A stretch of 64,000 bases of DNA from Phaeosaccion multiseriatum (lineage: Eukaryota; Protista; Ochrophyta, other classes), in assembly GCA_965112735.1 (NCBI GenBank), contig OZ218951.1:2480001-2544000 (forward strand), given 5' to 3'. The notes under the pieces were generated by a model. The model was not told the DNA's origin. It made no database searches and saw only the letters and a list, made by a program, of their open reading frames with translations. Position numbers and translations under genes: made by a program. This document shows positions 57,071 to 64,000 of this stretch, one piece after another. Numbering within the stretch: position 1 is the first letter of the stretch; each line of letters begins with the position of its first letter.

Positions 57071-58644
57071 TCACCCTCGGGCGTTTGGGGTGCGTAGTGA
57101 CGACTCCGAGACAAACGGGTGGAAGGCGACGTTCGACTTGGCGATGGTGCAGATGCTGATGCGCAGTCTCTCTGCGGCATAGGGTATGAGCTCCTCAGTA
57201 GCGAAGCTCCGATCGACAGTCAGGACCATGGTCTCCACCGCAGTCTTCAGGTCACTGTGACTCAGGAATTCATCGATGTGCAGACACACACGCGTCTTCG
57301 CGTCCTCGCCTTGCCGGTCCAGCCTGATTCGACGTGACGTGAAGGGGGTGCTCGGAGGAGTGAAAGGACCCGACGAGTGTTGTTTAGACGCACAGAGACA
57401 GCAGAGCATCCCCCCCCCCCCCCCCCCCCCCCCCCCCGGCGCCATCCCGCCGAGCCCCACAGACCCCTCGAGTATCGCCGATGTCCATCCCACAGCCCTC
57501 GTTGCCCGCCGCCTTCCGCATGTTCCGCTTCAAAAAGAAAACATGCTTGGATCTGGTCTTCAGGAGCTCGTCGTCGATCACTTCATTTGAATAGGCAGTG
57601 TTGAACAGAAATCGGAGGGACTTGTTCAGCACCTTCCTCTCAAAGACGTCACAGTGCTTCGTCAGATCCAATTGAGTGTGCCAGGCCATACCACTCGGCT
57701 GCCATCAGGAGTGAGCAGTATCAGAGCAGGGAGGAGACAAAGGCACCTTGGCTTAGGAGGGCATGGGAGTGGAAGTCGCACCCACCCGTGCACACCCACA
57801 GAAGCATCGAAGCAGGGGCAACCAGAGGAGCGTAGAGTCCATCGCTCACCACACTCTACCGAGCCCTCCACCTCCCACATGCCTGCCGACACCCGTGTCA
57901 CCCTCACCTGAGTCGCGGAAGCCGTATAAGGGCGTAGGTGTGCGAAGATGAATCTGAATCGATCCACGCTCATGGAGCGTACGGGCAGCTACAGACGGCG
58001 GCAGTCCTCGAAGGCCACGGACACGGACACCCTCTCACCGTGTTCAAGAAGAAGCACATACCGAGGAAGACCCACATCTCATCCAGGTCAATCCGGTCTG
58101 CCCCGTTCTCGATCCCCTCGTTCGCCCACCCGACGAGCTCCGAGGCCAGGTCCTTCAGGAGGACCCGCAGACACTTTCCCTCCGTCAGGTCGAGTTGCTC
58201 AAGCAGCCTGTCTATCCCCTTGGCCATATACTCGGCGGATTTCCGCGCGGCCTCGTCCAGCGCCGTACCTCTGAAGTCCTGTTCCATCATCACCTCCACC
58301 CTGTCTGGTGGCTCTTACACGTCCCACTCCTCCCCGTTGGCCTCCTTTCTTCGTTCAGCCGCAGTAGGCAGTCTTCCCGCACCAAAGCCCCCACCCAATA
58401 TTTGCACCTCACTGCCGTCGTTCCCACCTACGCGCTGCTCGGCTGCCGCGGCGGCAGCAGCGCCCTCGAGTGCATTTCTGTCCGCAAGAACCGCAGTAGC
58501 TAGTAGACGTACAGGCCTTGCTTTAAGTGCTTCTTCGTCTTCGACCCACAGCAAGCGTGCTTGACCATACGTACACGAGTGAGCGAGACGGGCAGCAGCC
58601 ATAGCACCAAACCCCAGACGCCACAACCCTTCCCCCAACGGCAT
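57071..58644 (-). mobile_element. Decayed, intron-containing piggyBac-like (PGBD) transposase, 3'-truncated
   Basis: Ordered motifs ELVGWAN, IDLDEMWVFLGM, MSVDRFRFIFAHL, EVIDDELL (first catalytic Asp), RK-x4-EG, VLTVDRSFATEEL (second catalytic Asp). In-frame TAA at 58315-58317. GT donors near 58038, 57907 and 57074. No TIRs or TTAA duplication found. Confidence 0.7.
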
Positions 58645-59039
58645 CGACCTAAGTGGCGAAAGCCGGCCAATGTTCTGGCCCTAACGCCTGCTACCACCTT
58701 CCGAAGCCGTGAAGCTTCTCGCGCCTCAGCAAGAGAATGCGACCCTCCCTCCGCCTCAACTCACAGCTCGCTGACACCATCCCACTCGACCCCACCACCC
58801 CTGACCCTCAGTTGGCGGCCAGACGCCCCTGCCATAAAGACCTGACCCTCAAGTAGGTGGATGACCCATGCGATTCCGGCGTGCTCCACTGCGAAGCCTA
58901 GTTAAGCCTCTGCGACGACCGAGGGGATACCAATTGCGCAATGCAGTATCAAGAATACCCAGAGACTATATTCCCGTGCTATCCATATGTATACCGTACG
59001 AGAAAGGCCTCAAACGACGACGGCACGTTTCTAAGCAGT

Positions 59040-60087
<1,048 letters not shown>

Positions 60088-60243
60088 GGTGCGTAGGTGG
60101 GTGTCTGTGTGGGTGTGGGGGTGGGTGAGTGATTGAGTCGGTAGGTGGGTGGGTGGGGGTGTGGGTGTATAAGCGCGGGTGTGTGTGCGTGGGTGTGTGG
60201 GTGGGTGAGTGTGGGTGTGGGTGCGTGGTGGGTGGGTGTGGGG

Positions 60244-60425
60244 GTGAGTGAGTGAGTGAGTGAGTGAGTGAGTGAGTGAGTGAGTGAGTGAGTGAGTGAG
60301 TGAGTGAGTGAGTGAGTGAGTGAGTGAGTGAGTGAGTGAGTGAGTGAGTGAGTGAGTGAGTGAGTGAGTGAGTGAGTGAGTGAGTGAGTGAGTGAGTGAG
60401 TGAGTGAGTGAGTGAGTGAGTGAGT
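60244..60425. repeat. (GAGT)n microsatellite
   Basis: Direct inspection. Confidence 0.95.
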
Positions 60426-61644
60426 GGGTGAGTGAGTGAGTGGGTGAGTGAGTGAGTGGGTAGGTGGGTGGGTGTGGGGGTGAGAGTGGGTAGGTGCGTG
60501 GTTGGGTGGATGCGTAAGCGCTGGTGGGTACGTGGGTGGGTGTGTGGGTGGGTATGGGGGTGGGTGAGTGGGTGGGTGGGTAGGTGGGTTGGGGTTTGGC
60601 TACGTAAGTTTGTGGCTGGGTGGGTTTGGGGGTGGGTACGTGGGTGGTGTGCGTGTGTGGGTGATTGCGTGCGTGGGTGGGCGAATGCGTGGGTGGGTGT
60701 GGGGGTGGGTGAGTGAGTGAGTGAGTGAGTGAGTGAGTGAGTGAGTGAGTGAGTGAGTGAGTGAGTGAGTGGGCGAGTGAGTGAGTGAGTGGGTAGGTGG
60801 GTGGGTGGGGGTGTGGGTGTATAAGGGCGGGTGCGTTTGTGGGTGGGTGTGGGGGTGGGTGGGTGAGGGTGTGGGTGCGTGGTGGGTGCGTAGGTGGGTG
60901 GGTGGGTGCGTGGGTGCGTGCGTGAGTGCGTGAGGGAGTGAGGGAGGGAGTGAGATAGTGCGTGCAGTAGGTCTGTGTGATCGCTTGAGGGAGGGTGTGG
61001 CAGCCAGGACAGCGCTCCGGCGGGTAATACATGTAGGCGGGTGGGGTACAAAAGAACTGGAACTGTCTTGCCTGTAAACAGGCCATGTGTAAAATGAACA
61101 TTGCTGGCCCCATTGAAGCCTTACTTGGACGCTATTCCGCCCCGGGATTGGTGCTCCTTCTCCAAGGACCTTAGCCCTATACAGGAGTGAAGTATAGGTT
61201 TAATTAAGGCACCCAATACACAGCGTCTTACTTGGGTTTGCTTAAATCTAAATGTGGCGCTCGGATCCGAACTTCACTCCCACGTCGTACCAGAGGAAGA
61301 ACTGCAGCCCCCCCAGTGCATCCCAAGCAGCAATACGGGCGGGACGGATACAGCAGCCAGCCAGGCAAGATATACCTGCCGGAGGAGCCCTCGGGGCTGA
61401 CGAAGAGGAAGGGGAGGACTTGAAACTGGGGAGGTAAGTAAGCGATGAACTATGAAGGGACGAAGGGGTGGGGTGGGAGGGGGTTGGCATGGGTAAGGGA
61501 CGAATACCTGTAGCGAGAGGGCTACAAGTCATGGAGCTATGTCCTTCTCTTGGCTACCATTCCTCCTCCTGTTTGCCCCCGCACTCGCCTGCTTCCCATT
61601 GTCTGAGACTGTACACTAAAGTAAAGGCATCTCTTCAAAAGGGT

Positions 61645-61660
61645 GGTGTTAAGAAACACC
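61645..61660 (-). promoter_or_regulatory. Histone H4 mRNA 3' stem-loop
   Basis: 6-bp stem, 4-nt loop: GGTGTT-TCTT-AACACC followed by ACCC, about 70 nt after the stop. Confidence 0.88.
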
Positions 61661-61729
61661 AGTGTTGGTTGGGTTGACGCCACAAAGCCGGGTGGTGAGG
61701 GCTAAAAAAGGCTAAAGGAAACAAAGCGT

Positions 61730-62485
<756 letters not shown>

Positions 62486-62649
62486 TCAACCGCCTGTTTG
62501 GTCAATCACCCGGCTCGACTTCACAACTCACTACTCCCCAAAACCCCAACGTGAGATGTGTGTGTGTGTGTGTCTGAGGGAGGAGGGGGAGGAGAGATCG
62601 AGAGAGAGAGAGAGAGAGGAGGGGAGGAAAGGGGGTGCATGTCTGCTGA

Positions 62650-63243
<594 letters not shown>

Positions 63244-63364
63244 ATGCCTTCTTCCTTTGACGTCGGTGTGATGAGAGCATCGAGTAGGCTGCTGGGATGA
63301 GAGAGATCTCAACTCATTTTTGCCCACCTACTGCCACCGCACGCACGACAAAGCAACCAACACT

Positions 63365-63380
63365 GGTGTTTTTTAACACC
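63365..63380 (+). promoter_or_regulatory. Histone H3 mRNA 3' stem-loop
   Basis: GGTGTT-TTTT-AACACC-ACCC preceded by AACCAACACT, the same context as the H4 loop. Confidence 0.88.
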
Positions 63381-64000
63381 ACCCTTGCACTCGAGATTGT
63401 TGCCCATTGCAAAAGTCCTCCGTCCTGCCTCTCTCTCTCTCCAACACCACACCTCCACCTCTTGTGGCTCGTCTACCACCCACACACTCGCCCATGTCCA
63501 TGCCTCAGCTCACCCCCCCGTGCCCTCGGCTCCTTGTGTTGTAGTGCTTCGTCCCTTTCCATCTGACTGCATCCCCCAAGCACAATACGGTGTTTCTTCA
63601 CCCTCTCTCTCGCTCACACTTAACTCACGCATCACCCGGACTCCGACACTCACCCCACTCACTCACACTCGGGGAGGGAGATTCGGTCCGGCATCCTGCT
63701 TCGTAGCACCATTCGTGCCGGCTCTGCTGATAGCACTTTCACTTTTGCGTCCTACACTCAACATGGAGTAGCATGATGCACTAATTTATTACTAGTACAA
63801 ATTAAAAAACAAAACAATTCACAACACCCACACTCACTCACTCATTCACTCTACGCACCTCCCCTCGCTTCTCGTGCTATCGAGTGAGCATCGGCCCCTC
63901 TCGCGGTCTGTGCCAACTCGACACAACAACACAATGCTCTGACTTACTCATGCGGCTCTCATCGCAGCGACCCCGTTCGCTTCTTGCCTGTCACCGGGCC

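Overview
Eukaryotic nuclear DNA, GC-rich, with spliceosomal introns full of microsatellites. It is most consistent with a photosynthetic stramenopile (ochrophyte): two genes carry bipartite signal+transit leaders and H3 has the FQGSAVL motif. The first 43 kb holds ordinary intron-containing genes (EHD/dynamin-like GTPase, atypical SDR, RBR E3 ligase, RPB8, RluA-family synthase, AFG2-like AAA ATPase, RlmH, two tandem DUF7918-like paralogs). Mixed among them are an expanding family of intronless F-box-like/ankyrin-like genes (3 intact, 1 decayed) and a 2.7-kb element with perfect 38-bp terminal inverted repeats. The last 21 kb is a rearranged region. It contains an intronless PPR-SMR gene with 16 near-identical 105-bp repeats that toggle repeatedly at the two RNA-recognition code positions, giving a TALE-like array fused to a nuclease-type domain; this is the top candidate for a new system. 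It also contains a frameshifted PWWP + GIY-YIG-like + zinc-finger gene, a decayed intron-containing piggyBac-like transposase, and repeated copies of the histone H4 downstream flank leading to an intact divergent H4/H3 pair with 3' stem-loops. All family assignments come from motif recognition by eye; no database searches were run.
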